Assembly (NCBI GenBank): GCA_965662235.1
Contig: CBFIGY010000001.1
Location: 128,001 to 192,000 of the forward strand
Direction of reading: 5' to 3'
Source: an uncultured bacterium
GTDB lineage: Bacteria; SAR324; NAC60-12
DNA: 64,000 nucleotides
Part shown: positions 39,328 to 49,260 of the stretch, piece by piece
Position numbering within the stretch: the first letter of the stretch is position 1
Layout of the letters: every line of letters starts with the position of its first letter
The notes under the pieces: model-generated
The model's database searches: none
What the model saw: the letters and a program-made list of their open reading frames with translations, nothing else
What the model was told of the DNA's origin: nothing
Position numbers and translations under genes: made by a program

Positions 39328-40584
39328 ATGGAATACCGACAGCTGACCGTTGAAACCGTCCCCGCCTACCTCCAGGAGCTTCCCGAGGTGCAGGCGGTGT
39401 TCCGAGACTTTGAAAACCTGGACGTGGAAGAGGTTGGAGACGGAAACCTGAACTTCGTCTACAAGGTCCGGCATGCTCAGGACCCAACGCAGACGGTTGT
39501 GGTGAAGCAAGCAGTGCCGTTTCTGCGCATTGTCGGCGAATCGTGGCCCCTCTCCCGGGAGCGCATGAACTTTGAGATTCAGGCGCTGGAGCATCAAGCC
39601 CAGTACTGCCCCCAACACGTTCCCAAGGTCTTCCACTCGTCTACCGACATGTCACTGGTGGTGATGCAGAACCTCGATCAGCATGCGGTCCTGCGGGGGG
39701 AAATGATTCAGGGCAAGGTCTTTCCCAAGCTTGCCGATCACGTTTCGACCTTTCTCGCCGACACGCTCTTTCCCACCACAGACTGGAGTCTCAGCGGCGC
39801 CGACAAGAAAGCGATGGTGGCCCGCTTCATCAATCCGGAGCTGTGCAAGATCACGGAGGACTTTGTCTTCACCAACCCCTATGAAGACCATGAGACCAAC
39901 GCGTACCACGAGCAGGTGACGCAGGCAGACAAGGACTTCCTGCAGCAGGATCCGCAGCTCAAGGTGGCCGTGGCAGAAATGAAGTACCGCTTCATGAACC
40001 ATGCAGAGGCCCTGATTCACGGAGACCTGCACATTGGCAGCATCATGGCCAATGAAGAGGAAACCTACGTCATTGATCCGGAGTTCGCGTTTTTTGGTCC
40101 CATCGGTTTTGACGTGGGGGCCTTCTTGGGCAACCTCCTGCTTGCCTACTTCGCCCATGAGGTCCGCCAGCCCCTGCTGGGCAAGGCGCCCTACGCCTAC
40201 CGAAACTGGATCCTCCGGACCTTCACCAGCACCTGGAATCAGTTTCAGGTGAAGTTTGACCAACGCTGGGTGGAGCATGAAGCCAAGCAGCCCAGCTCCT
40301 ACTGGGACTTCCCCGACGGAGCCTCCGGTTTTGCTCTGCAGCGGACCCGGTACCTGCGTCAGGTCTTTTCGGACACCCTGGGCTTTGCCGCGTGCAAGAT
40401 GATGCGTCGCATCTACGGACTCGCCAAGGTGGCGGACATTGCTGACCTTCCCGACCTAAACGCCCGTCTGGACGTGGAGCGCAAGGTGATGCGCATGGCG
40501 AAGATCATGGTTCAGCAGCGCGATCAGTTCCGGAACATTGAGGAGCTGGCCCTGCTGGCTCAAGAACTTTCTCCTCTCCGTTGA
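39328..40584 (+). CDS. mtnK: S-methyl-5-thioribose kinase
   Basis: EVGDGNLNFV, KQAVPFLR.VGESWPL, NPELC.ITED.VF, HGDLH.GS, IDPEFAFFGP.GFD and RRI.GLA.VAD. Confidence 0.94.
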   Translation: MEYRQLTVETVPAYLQELPEVQAVFRDFENLDVEEVGDGNLNFVYKVRHAQDPTQTVVVKQAVPFLRIVGESWPLSRERMNFEIQALEHQAQYCPQHVPKVFHSSTDMSLVVMQNLDQHAVLRGEMIQGKVFPKLADHVSTFLADTLFPTTDWSLSGADKKAMVARFINPELCKITEDFVFTNPYEDHETNAYHEQVTQADKDFLQQDPQLKVAVAEMKYRFMNHAEALIHGDLHIGSIMANEEETYVIDPEFAFFGPIGFDVGAFLGNLLLAYFAHEVRQPLLGKAPYAYRNWILRTFTSTWNQFQVKFDQRWVEHEAKQPSSYWDFPDGASGFALQRTRYLRQVFSDTLGFAACKMMRRIYGLAKVADIADLPDLNARLDVERKVMRMAKIMVQQRDQFRNIEELALLAQELSPLR

Positions 40585-40587
40585 GCC

Positions 40588-42105
40588 ATGAGCCAACCGA
40601 CTGTTGAGGTCCGGAACGTCGCCAAGTCCTTTGGAGCCACTCAGGCCCTGCGAGGGGTCTCGTTTGCGTTTCAGCCTGGGGAGATCTTCGCGCTCGTGGG
40701 AGCCAATGGCGCCGGGAAGTCCACGCTGATCAAGATCATCTGCGGCTACTATGAGGACTACGAAGGCGAGATCCTCATTGATGGACAAACCGCCCACTTT
40801 GCCAGTCCCCAAGACGCCTTCCGGCAGGGCATCCGGACGGTGCACCAGATCATCGACCAGGGCATTGTTCCCACCATGAGTGTGGCCGAAAACCTGGCCC
40901 TGAACGACCTGCTGGATCCAGGGTCCGGAGTCCGTTACCGGCGCTCTCTGATTCGGCAGCGGGCTCAGGAAATTGCCGAACCCCTGGAGCTGCAGATTCA
41001 CGACTGGGACCAGCCTGTTTCGGAACTGCCCCAGAGCGAGCGGCAGCTCATCAGCATCGCACGTTCGCTGGTGGGTCAGCCCAAGCTGCTGATCCTGGAT
41101 GAACCCACCTCCTCGCTGAGCACCCGGGAGGCCGACCGGCTGTTTGAAAAGCTCGACCAGCTCCGGCAGCGGGGAGTTGCCATCGTGTATGTGTCTCACC
41201 GCCTTCACGAAGTGGAACGGCTCGCTGACCGGGCCGGTGTCATCCGGGACGGCATCAAAAGCGCCGACCTGCTGCGGCCCATCCGCTCTCAGGACCTAGT
41301 GGAAGCAATGGTGGGCCAGCTGGAGACCCATGCCGTCAAGCCTGTGGCCCAAGCTCAGAAGGGCGCGGTACGGCTTGAGCTGCGGAACCTCGTTGTGCAG
41401 CCCGGAAGCCCGCCCCTGAACCTGAAGCTCCGGGGAGGAGAGATCGCTGGCATCACCGGTCTGATCGGAGCCGGAAAGTCTGAACTGGCCGAAGTCCTCT
41501 ATGGCATCCGCACCCCGGTTTCTGGAGAGGTCCTCCTAGACGGGGTGCCGCTGGCGCCGGATTCGATTGCTGATGCCATTGGTCAGGGCATTCACCTGGT
41601 TCCAGAAGACCGGAGCAACCGCGCCGTCATTCCGCAGTTCAGCGTCAACCACAACCTCTCCCTTCCGTTCCTCCGGGCTTTCAGTCAGCTGGCAGTCTTG
41701 CGTCCGCGGCAGGAGCAGCAGGAGGCCGAGCGCATGGTCCGGAACCTCGGGGTGAAGTGCAGCGGCATTGATGCGGCCATCAGCAGCCTCTCCGGAGGCA
41801 ACCAACAGAAGGTCGTGGTCGCCCGCTGGCTGCAGAAGCGTTACCGGGTGCTGCTGCTGGATGAGCCCTTTCAGGGCGTCGACATCAAGTCTCGACATGA
41901 CATCATTCACTACCTCCGGGAGCAGCTTCAGGATGAGGTGGTCCTCGTCCTGGCTGCGGACCTAGATGAGGTTCTTGAAATTGCTGACCGCATCCTCGTG
42001 CTCAACCATGGACGCCTGATGGGCGAACAGGCTCGGGAGGCGCTCAACCGCCCGCAACTGCTGGAATGGATTTCCACCACCACTGTTATTGACGCTCATG
42101 TCTGA
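40588..42105 (+). CDS. Sugar ABC transporter ATP-binding protein (RbsA-like, two ATPase domains)
   Basis: GANGAGKST, LDEPT, VPEDR and LSGGNQQKV. Confidence 0.95.
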   Translation: MSQPTVEVRNVAKSFGATQALRGVSFAFQPGEIFALVGANGAGKSTLIKIICGYYEDYEGEILIDGQTAHFASPQDAFRQGIRTVHQIIDQGIVPTMSVAENLALNDLLDPGSGVRYRRSLIRQRAQEIAEPLELQIHDWDQPVSELPQSERQLISIARSLVGQPKLLILDEPTSSLSTREADRLFEKLDQLRQRGVAIVYVSHRLHEVERLADRAGVIRDGIKSADLLRPIRSQDLVEAMVGQLETHAVKPVAQAQKGAVRLELRNLVVQPGSPPLNLKLRGGEIAGITGLIGAGKSELAEVLYGIRTPVSGEVLLDGVPLAPDSIADAIGQGIHLVPEDRSNRAVIPQFSVNHNLSLPFLRAFSQLAVLRPRQEQQEAERMVRNLGVKCSGIDAAISSLSGGNQQKVVVARWLQKRYRVLLLDEPFQGVDIKSRHDIIHYLREQLQDEVVLVLAADLDEVLEIADRILVLNHGRLMGEQAREALNRPQLLEWISTTTVIDAHV

Positions 42106-43123
42106 ATCACCTTCCTCAACCTCCGAAACCCCTTCGGCTCCTCAGCGGGACCTGAAGCAGTTCGCCATCCGGTACGGCTTCCTGATCGTTCTGGTGGCGC
42201 TGTATGGGCTGTTCAGCGTGCTGGAGCCCGCCTTTCTGACCTGGAGCAACCAGTTCTCCATCCTCCTCGGCATTGCCATCTATGGCATTTTGGCGTTGGG
42301 GGTGACGTTTACGCTGGTGGTGGATGGCCTCGACCTTTCCATTGGCGCCGTGGCGGCTTTGAGCGTGATGATCTCGTCGTACTGCATGGTCATCCTAGAG
42401 CAAGGGGCCGTGGTCAGCATCCTGATCTGCCTCGCCCTCGGAGCCTTCGTGGGCCTCTGCAACGGCCTGCTGATCGTCAAGATGAAGGTTCCGGACCTGC
42501 TCACAACGCTGGGCATGATGTTCCTCATCCAGGGCATTCAGCTCATTCCCTCGGCGGGTCGGACCATCAGCGAGGGCATGATCATGGAAAACGGAGAGGA
42601 GGCGCTGGGGTTCTTCGACTACAGCTTCCTCTACCTGGGGCAAGGACGTCTGTTTGGGATGATTCCGATTCCGGTGATTGTGATGCTGGGGATTGCGCTG
42701 CTGGTGTACGTGGTACTCGATCACACAAGGTGGGGCCGGGTGATGTATGCCATTGGGGGGAATCCGGAAGCGGCTCGCCTAGCAGGTGCTCCGGTGAACA
42801 CCTACCGCATCATGGCCTATGTCATCAGCGGGACCATTGCGTCCATCGGCGGCATCCTGCTCGTTGCGCGCGTGGGCGTGGGCGACATCACCAGCGGCAC
42901 CGGACTGCTGCTTGATGCCGTCGGCGCAGCGCTGATCGGTTTCGCCGTCTTTGGGGTCCGGCGCCCCAATCCCTTTGGCACCCTCGTGGGCGCCATTTTC
43001 ATCGGCATGCTGCTCAATGGCCTGACCATGCTCAGCCTGCCGTACTACACTCAGGACTTCATCAAGGGAACCGTGTTGGTGCTCTCGTTGATGTTCACCT
43101 TTGCGTTAGCCAAGCGTTCCTAG
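42098..43123 (+). CDS. Sugar ABC transporter permease (RbsC-like)
   Basis: DLSIG and GR..YAIGGN.EAARLAG; multi-TM. Confidence 0.95.
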   Translation: MSESPSSTSETPSAPQRDLKQFAIRYGFLIVLVALYGLFSVLEPAFLTWSNQFSILLGIAIYGILALGVTFTLVVDGLDLSIGAVAALSVMISSYCMVILEQGAVVSILICLALGAFVGLCNGLLIVKMKVPDLLTTLGMMFLIQGIQLIPSAGRTISEGMIMENGEEALGFFDYSFLYLGQGRLFGMIPIPVIVMLGIALLVYVVLDHTRWGRVMYAIGGNPEAARLAGAPVNTYRIMAYVISGTIASIGGILLVARVGVGDITSGTGLLLDAVGAALIGFAVFGVRRPNPFGTLVGAIFIGMLLNGLTMLSLPYYTQDFIKGTVLVLSLMFTFALAKRS

Positions 43124-43185
43124 CCTCGACTAGGAAACCCGGGGGGAGGGCTCTCCCCCATCTTGTTCTCAATCAGGAGACTCAC

Positions 43186-44241
43186 ATGAAAAAACTGCTT
43201 TCCGCCATCTGCGTGATGCTGCTCTGGATCACCCCAGTGCTGGCGCAATCACTGGACAAGGCCCCGCCCCCGTTCAACGGTGACAAGAAGCTCAAAGTGG
43301 CGCTGATTCAGCTGCTTGTGGAAGGGGAGTTCATGCAGACCTTCCGCTCCGGCGCTCAGCGACAGGCGGAGATGCTGGGCATGGAGTTCTATGCGCTGAA
43401 CACCAAGAATGCAGACAACAAGGCGCAGGCCGATGCAGTGGACCGGGCCATCAGCCTGGGCGTGGATGGAATTCTGCTCAGCCACGGACGTCCGGAGACG
43501 ATGCGGGAGCCGATTCAGCGGGCGCTCGACGCCGGAATCAAGGTTGTTGCCTTTGACATCTACTTTGAGAACCTGACCAACATCGTCACCCACATGGCAC
43601 AGGATGACGTCCTGCTCGGCCAAATGGCTCTGGACGCACTGGTGGCAGACTTCAATGGCAAGGCCAACGTGGGCTACATCTACGTCCCTGGCGTGTTGCC
43701 CCTGGACAAGCGCGACAGCAGCTTCACCAAGGTCAAGGCCGAGCACTCCGGAATTCAGGAAATTGCCCGCCACGGCACCCTGGAGTCCCCCATCTCCACC
43801 AAAAACGCCGATCAGGTCAAGGCCACCCTGCAGGCCAATCGCAACATCAACGCCTACTTTGCACCGTATGATGAGTTTGCCAAGGGCGTTGTGATTGCGT
43901 TGCGGGAGCTGAACATGAGCGACCAGGTGAAGGTCTACAGTGCCGACATCAGCACCGCAGACATCCGCCAGATGACGGCTCCGGGATCCCCATGGGTGGC
44001 CACGGCTGCCACAAACCCGGCGGCCATTGGCGCCACCGGCATCCGCGCCGTTGCCATGAAGCTCACCGGCGAGTACCTGCCCCAAGAGATCACCATTCCG
44101 CCCATGCTCTTCACGCAGGACATGCTGCGTGAGAAGGACGTGAAGCGCTTCAACGACCTCTTTGAAAAATTCCCTGAGTTCAACACCGTGGACCGCGCCA
44201 GCGCTCCGTGGATTCCGCGTGACTCTTCCGGGAAGTTCTAA
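43186..44241 (+). CDS. Sugar ABC transporter substrate-binding protein (probably methylthioribose)
   Basis: Signal peptide and periplasmic-binding type I features (GIKVVAFD, YDEFAKG, YSADIS); operonic with mtnK. Confidence 0.88.
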   Translation: MKKLLSAICVMLLWITPVLAQSLDKAPPPFNGDKKLKVALIQLLVEGEFMQTFRSGAQRQAEMLGMEFYALNTKNADNKAQADAVDRAISLGVDGILLSHGRPETMREPIQRALDAGIKVVAFDIYFENLTNIVTHMAQDDVLLGQMALDALVADFNGKANVGYIYVPGVLPLDKRDSSFTKVKAEHSGIQEIARHGTLESPISTKNADQVKATLQANRNINAYFAPYDEFAKGVVIALRELNMSDQVKVYSADISTADIRQMTAPGSPWVATAATNPAAIGATGIRAVAMKLTGEYLPQEITIPPMLFTQDMLREKDVKRFNDLFEKFPEFNTVDRASAPWIPRDSSGKF

Positions 44242-44248
44242 TTCATTC

Positions 44249-44307
44249 AGGCGGGCTCAGGGCCCGTCTTGACTCCCGTCTCTGAGGCGCTGGTTCACAG
44301 GCGCCTC
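44249..44307. terminator. Two hairpins between convergent genes
   Basis: AGGCGGGC/GCCCGTCT (44249-69) and GAGGCGC/GCGCCTC (44284-307). Confidence 0.5.
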
Positions 44308-44338
44308 TCGCCCCTCCCAGCCCCTTCTGCTTTTTCCC

Positions 44339-45628
44339 TCACTCGTAGCGCAGCGGATCCACCGGATTCAGCCGAGCCGCTTTCGTCGACGGATACAGCG
44401 TCACCAGGAAGCAAATCAGGAAGGAGCTGAGCGTTGTCACGCCCACATCCTGCCAGTCGATGCGGACGGGGATGCGGTTCCCTCCCGGGTACACCCCCGG
44501 AGGAATGTCGATGAGGTCAAAGGTCTGCAGCACCCAGCAGATTCCCAAGCCAATGAGCACCCCACTGAGGGTTCCCAGCAGACCAATCACCACCCCCTGG
44601 AACATGAAGATGCGACGGATGCCGCCATCACTCGCGCCCAGTGCTTTCAGAATGGCCACCTCCCGGGACTTCTCCAGCACCAGCATGACCAAGGAGCTGA
44701 TGATGTTGAAGGCGGCGACCACAATGATCAGGGTGAGGATGAGGAACAGCCCAATCTTTTCCAGCTTCATTACCTGAAAGAGGCTTTTGTTTTCATCAGC
44801 CCAGTTGCTGGTGAACAGGCTATCCCCAAGCAGCGGGCGCAGAGACGTTGCCACCGCAGTCGCCTCCTCCGGGTCCTTGATCCGCAGGCCCACTCCGGTC
44901 ACTCGATCCTTGAGCGCAAAGATCTTCTGCACCAAACGGTAGTCTGCAAACGCCAGCACCTCGTCGTATCCGGAGATGCCGGACTCGAAGATGCCCACCA
45001 CTTCCAGTTTCTTGACGCGGGGGACATCGCCCACCGGAGTCATCCGCTGCTCTGAAGAGACCACCTGCACCGTGTCTCCAATGCCCACGTCCATCTGCTG
45101 TGCCAGCATGGCTCCGAGGATGATGCCATCTCGCTGCCCCTGCTCATGGTCCACACTCACCTGAGCGAGGATCCGTTCTGCCAGCGCCTGCTGTTCCTTA
45201 GGGTTGTCCGGAGGAAAGCCGTAGACTGTGTCACGTAGAAAGTCGGCAATGTTTGTGACCTTGGGTTCTAGCAGGGGGTCAATGCCCCGTAACAGGGCGC
45301 CCTTGGGCTTGCTACCTCCGGTAAGGAGGGCCTGCTTGTAGACGTAAGGAGCGGCTCCGGTGACCTCCGGATGCTCAAGCAGCTTCTGCCGGAGGGACTC
45401 AAACTCCTTGAGCTGATCTCCCCAGGAAAACACGGTGATGTGCGGTAAGGAGCCGGTGACCGCATTCTGCAGGTTGGTGCGGAAGCCGTTCATGACCGAC
45501 GTGGAAACAACCAGCGCAATCACGCCCAGCGCCACCCCGCAGATGGAGATCCAGGTGATGAGAGAAATCGAGCGGTCCCGGCGCGGGGAAAAGAGGTACC
45601 GCCGGCCAATGAAGAGTTCATAACTCAT
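44339..45628 (-). CDS. lolE: Lipoprotein-releasing ABC permease LolC/E
   Basis: IG.RYL, GVALGV.AL.V..SVMNGF, VAAFNIISSL.M.V.EK.RE.AILKALGA and YP..KAA.L.P...LRYE. Confidence 0.92.
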   Translation of the reverse strand: MSYELFIGRRYLFSPRRDRSISLITWISICGVALGVIALVVSTSVMNGFRTNLQNAVTGSLPHITVFSWGDQLKEFESLRQKLLEHPEVTGAAPYVYKQALLTGGSKPKGALLRGIDPLLEPKVTNIADFLRDTVYGFPPDNPKEQQALAERILAQVSVDHEQGQRDGIILGAMLAQQMDVGIGDTVQVVSSEQRMTPVGDVPRVKKLEVVGIFESGISGYDEVLAFADYRLVQKIFALKDRVTGVGLRIKDPEEATAVATSLRPLLGDSLFTSNWADENKSLFQVMKLEKIGLFLILTLIIVVAAFNIISSLVMLVLEKSREVAILKALGASDGGIRRIFMFQGVVIGLLGTLSGVLIGLGICWVLQTFDLIDIPPGVYPGGNRIPVRIDWQDVGVTTLSSFLICFLVTLYPSTKAARLNPVDPLRYE

Positions 45629-45706
45629 GACTGTTGCCCAAGGAGGTAAGTGAGGAGCCAGGGAGGGCAGGGCTGAGGCAGCAGACCTCAGCCGATCGAG
45701 GGGGGT

Positions 45707-48334
45707 TCAGGTGAGGTACTGCTTGGCCACTTCCGGGGCCTGCTTCAGGACTTCAGGGAGTTTGTCCACAGCCTTGATGCCGGCTTGGGCCATCTGGGGC
45801 TTGCCTCCGCCTCGTCCGTCGGCCAGTGCCGCCACAGCGTTCACCAGCTCCCCCGCCTTGATGCCCTTCTTGACCAAGTCATCGGTCACCACGCAGATCA
45901 ACGCGCCCTTGCCGTCCAGCGTCATCCCCAGCCAGGCCACTCCCGATCCCAGTTGCTCGCGGATGCTGCTACCCAGGTCCCGGAAGGTGTCCATCGAATC
46001 CACGTCCACCATTGTCGCCAGCACCTTGGTTCCGGCTAAATCCTGAGCCTGCTCAAGGAGGGTTCCCAGGTTGCCCCGGGCGGCTTCCTTACGCAGCTGC
46101 TGCAGCTCTCGCTCCAGCTGACGCTTCTCGTCCATCAGCTTCTCAACGGACGCAGCAATTTGCTCCTCCGGAAGGTTGAGCAGTTGCCGGAGGTTGCCCA
46201 CAACCTTGCCCTGGTGCCGGGAAATCAGCTCAGCCTGCTCTCCGGTGACGGCGGTGATCCGGCGGACACCTGCGGCAATGGCTCCCTCGGAGGTGATGCG
46301 GAACTGACCAATCTGGCCTGTCGCCTGAACGTGGCAGCCCCCGCACAGTTCTCGGGAAAACGTTCCTACTTCCACAACCCGGACCACGTCTCCATACTTC
46401 TCGCCGAACATGGCCTTGATGCCCGAGTCAATGGCCTGCTGATAAGGCGATTCAAAGATATTGGAGGAGATGTTTTCCCGGATCTTTTGATTGACGATAC
46501 GCTCAATCGTTTCCAGCTGATCGTCACTGACCTTTTCAAAGTGCGTAAAGTCGAAACGCAGGTACTCCGGGTGCACAATGGAACCCGCTTGGCTGACATG
46601 CTCGCCGAGCACTTCCTGCATGGCGGCATACATCAGGTGGGTTGCCGTGTGGTTGTTGGTCGCCTGAGTCCGGGCCGCCTGGTTGATTCCGGCATGCGCT
46701 GGAGAGGCGTCCGGAGTGCCTCCACCGGTGCAGATGTGCACAATGGCGTCTCCTTGCTTCTGCACGTCCACCACTGTCCAGGTCCGTGTCCCTTGGGTGA
46801 TGGTGCCCTGGTCGGCGACCTGCCCTCCGGACTCGGCGTAGAACGGAGTCTGGTCCAGAATCAGCATCCAGCGTCCGTCGGCATCCTGAGTGTAACGGCG
46901 AATGAAGACTTCCGCGGCAAACTCCGTGTAGCCAATGAACCGTGAGTCCACGCCCGGGGTAACCTCGTTCCACTTTTCCAGAGTCAGCTTGAACTTCCCG
47001 GCTTCCCGGGCTCGGGTCCGCTGCGCCTCCATGTGTTCTTCAAATCCGGCTTCATCGACCTTCAGCTGGCGCTCTTCGCACATCAGTCGGGTCAGGTCCA
47101 CTGGAAACCCATAGGTGTCGTAGAGCTTGAAGGCGTCTTCTCCAGAGAGCGTCTGCTTCTGCTGTGTCTCAGGCGTTGAAACCATCTGCTCAAAGATCTC
47201 TAGGCCCCGGTCAAGCGTGTGTCCAAAGCTGGTCTCTTCCGACTCAATGACGCCCATCACGTGGAGCTGCTGAGTCTGGATCTCGGGAAAGGCATCTCCC
47301 ATGACCTCTGCAAGCGTTGGCACCAGCTTGTAGATGAAGGGCTCTTGCATCCCCAGCACCCGCCCAAAACGGGTCGCGCGTCGGAGCATCCGCCGGAGCA
47401 CGTAGCCCCGTCCTTCATTGGAAGGAATGGCGCCATCTGCCACTGCAAAGCTGACAGCCCGCAGGTGGTCTGCAATCACTCGGAAGGCCACTCCGACTTC
47501 TCCCCCTGAATCCGGAACGCCGGTCACCTCGTGGATCTTGGCCAGGATTGGGGTAAAGAGGTCGGTGGCATAGTTGGAATCGACTCCCTGCATCACTCGG
47601 CAGACGCGCTCCAGCCCCATTCCGGTGTCCACGTGCTGGGAGGGCAGAGGCTCGAGGTGCCCGTCGGGAAAGCGCTGGAACTGCATGAAGACGAGGTTCC
47701 AGAGTTCCACAAAGCGCCAGCACCCGTCTTGATTGACCCGGCACTCGTGCTGCTCGGAGAGCGGACAGGTGCCTTCCCCCAGGTCGATGTGCAGCTCTGA
47801 ACAGGGACCGCAGGGTCCGACGTCGCCCATTTCCCAGAAGTTGTCCTGCTTGTCGAAACGCTGCACCTGCTCCGGATTGATGCTGGTCACCTGCTTCCAC
47901 AGGTTCTCAGCCTCTTCATCCGGAGGCACTCCGTCTCCGCCCTCAAAAACCGTCGCCCAGAGCTTGTCCTTGGGCAGGCCCCAGACCTCGGTGGTCAGTT
48001 CCCAAGCCCACCGGATCGCGTCTTCCTTGAAGTAGTCTCCAAACGACCAGTTGCCCAGCATCTCAAAGAAGGTGTGGTGGTAGTTGTCGCGCCCAACGTC
48101 TTCTAGGTCGTTGTGCTTGCCTGAGGCCCGGATGCACTTCTGAGAGTTGGCGGCTCGGTTGTAGTCCCGCTTGCCTGTGCCCAAGAACACGTCCTTGAAC
48201 TGAGCCATTCCGGAGTTGGTAAAGAGCAAGGTCGGGTCGTCCTTAGGCGCCACAGGAGCACTCCGGACGAAGCGGTGACCGCGTTGCTCAAAGAACTCAA
48301 TGAAGTCTTGGCGAATCTGCTGCGACGTCTTCAT
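45707..48334 (-). CDS. alaS: Alanine--tRNA ligase
   Basis: DPTLLFTNSGM, HHTFFEMLGNWSFGDYFK, DTGMGLER, editing motifs HTATH and ELCGGCH, and GGGK..MAQ. Confidence 0.99.
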   Translation of the reverse strand: MKTSQQIRQDFIEFFEQRGHRFVRSAPVAPKDDPTLLFTNSGMAQFKDVFLGTGKRDYNRAANSQKCIRASGKHNDLEDVGRDNYHHTFFEMLGNWSFGDYFKEDAIRWAWELTTEVWGLPKDKLWATVFEGGDGVPPDEEAENLWKQVTSINPEQVQRFDKQDNFWEMGDVGPCGPCSELHIDLGEGTCPLSEQHECRVNQDGCWRFVELWNLVFMQFQRFPDGHLEPLPSQHVDTGMGLERVCRVMQGVDSNYATDLFTPILAKIHEVTGVPDSGGEVGVAFRVIADHLRAVSFAVADGAIPSNEGRGYVLRRMLRRATRFGRVLGMQEPFIYKLVPTLAEVMGDAFPEIQTQQLHVMGVIESEETSFGHTLDRGLEIFEQMVSTPETQQKQTLSGEDAFKLYDTYGFPVDLTRLMCEERQLKVDEAGFEEHMEAQRTRAREAGKFKLTLEKWNEVTPGVDSRFIGYTEFAAEVFIRRYTQDADGRWMLILDQTPFYAESGGQVADQGTITQGTRTWTVVDVQKQGDAIVHICTGGGTPDASPAHAGINQAARTQATNNHTATHLMYAAMQEVLGEHVSQAGSIVHPEYLRFDFTHFEKVSDDQLETIERIVNQKIRENISSNIFESPYQQAIDSGIKAMFGEKYGDVVRVVEVGTFSRELCGGCHVQATGQIGQFRITSEGAIAAGVRRITAVTGEQAELISRHQGKVVGNLRQLLNLPEEQIAASVEKLMDEKRQLERELQQLRKEAARGNLGTLLEQAQDLAGTKVLATMVDVDSMDTFRDLGSSIREQLGSGVAWLGMTLDGKGALICVVTDDLVKKGIKAGELVNAVAALADGRGGGKPQMAQAGIKAVDKLPEVLKQAPEVAKQYLT

Positions 48335-48421
48335 GGAAACGGATGTGCGTGAGGTTGAGGACCAAAGAGAAGGGGTGGGCGGAGCCGGCTCGTGGGAGCC
48401 GGCGGACTGGGTGGCCGGCGA

Positions 48422-49036
48422 TTAACCGCGTGCCATGAACTCGACCACGAGGTGGTCTTCGACCTGAATCGGGATCTCTTCACGCTCGGGGATGCGGATG
48501 AGCTTGCCGGAGAGCTTCTTGGCGTCGCGCTCCACGTAGTCCAGCTTCTGCTCAAAGAAGCCAAACCAGTTCTTGTAGGTATCAACCTGCTTGCTCTTCT
48601 CCCGCAACGTGATCTCGTCGCCTGGGCGAACCTCAAGGCCCGGCTTGGCCGCCTTCTTTCCGTTGAGCAGGATGTGCCCGTGCACGACCATCTGCCGGGA
48701 AGCCCGCAGGGTTCCGGCAAAGCCCATGCGGTAGACCATGTTGTCCAGCCGGGTTTCCATGATCTGAATCAGGGCGATGTTGGTCTGCACCTTGGAGCGG
48801 GACGCCCGATCGTAGTAGCGGCGCAGCTGCTTCTTGCTGATGCCATAGAACAGCTTCAGCTTCTGTGTTTCCTGCAGCTGCAGTCCAAACGGGGACACCT
48901 TCTGGCGTCGGTTGGCGCCGTGCTGTCCGGGTCGGTTCGGACGGCGGCTCAGGGTCAGGGCAGCGCTGGGGCTTCCGATGATGTTGACGCCGAGTGCTCG
49001 GCAGGCCTTGTGCTTAATGGTTGATTTTCCTGGCAT
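48422..49036 (-). CDS. rpsD: 30S ribosomal protein S4 (stand-alone)
   Basis: PGQHG, QL.E.QKL...YG, E.RLDN.VYR.GFA, RQ.V.HGHI..NG and VVEF. Confidence 0.95.
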   Translation of the reverse strand: MPGKSTIKHKACRALGVNIIGSPSAALTLSRRPNRPGQHGANRRQKVSPFGLQLQETQKLKLFYGISKKQLRRYYDRASRSKVQTNIALIQIMETRLDNMVYRMGFAGTLRASRQMVVHGHILLNGKKAAKPGLEVRPGDEITLREKSKQVDTYKNWFGFFEQKLDYVERDAKKLSGKLIRIPEREEIPIQVEDHLVVEFMARG

Positions 49037-49202
49037 TGTGTCTCAATTCCATTCAGATGGCATCTGCAGGCTGTAGAAAGACGAGGGCGCATGGCCCCCA
49101 CACGGTCTCACCCTTCCCACTGGGTCCACGCGTTTCTCCGGGGGATGCCATCCCATAAATGGGCCTGACCCTGAAGTCGCAGCAGTAGGAAGTAAACTGT
49201 AA

Positions 49203-49231
49203 AAGATAGCCTGCGTTGCGGGAACAATCAA
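49203..49231 (-). promoter_or_regulatory. Putative sigma70 promoter of rpsD
   Basis: Minus strand reads TTGATT-N17-TATCTT, implying a leader of about 160 nt. Confidence 0.55.
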
Positions 49232-49260
49232 CGCCTATTTGGCAACAGGAGGGAAAAGCG

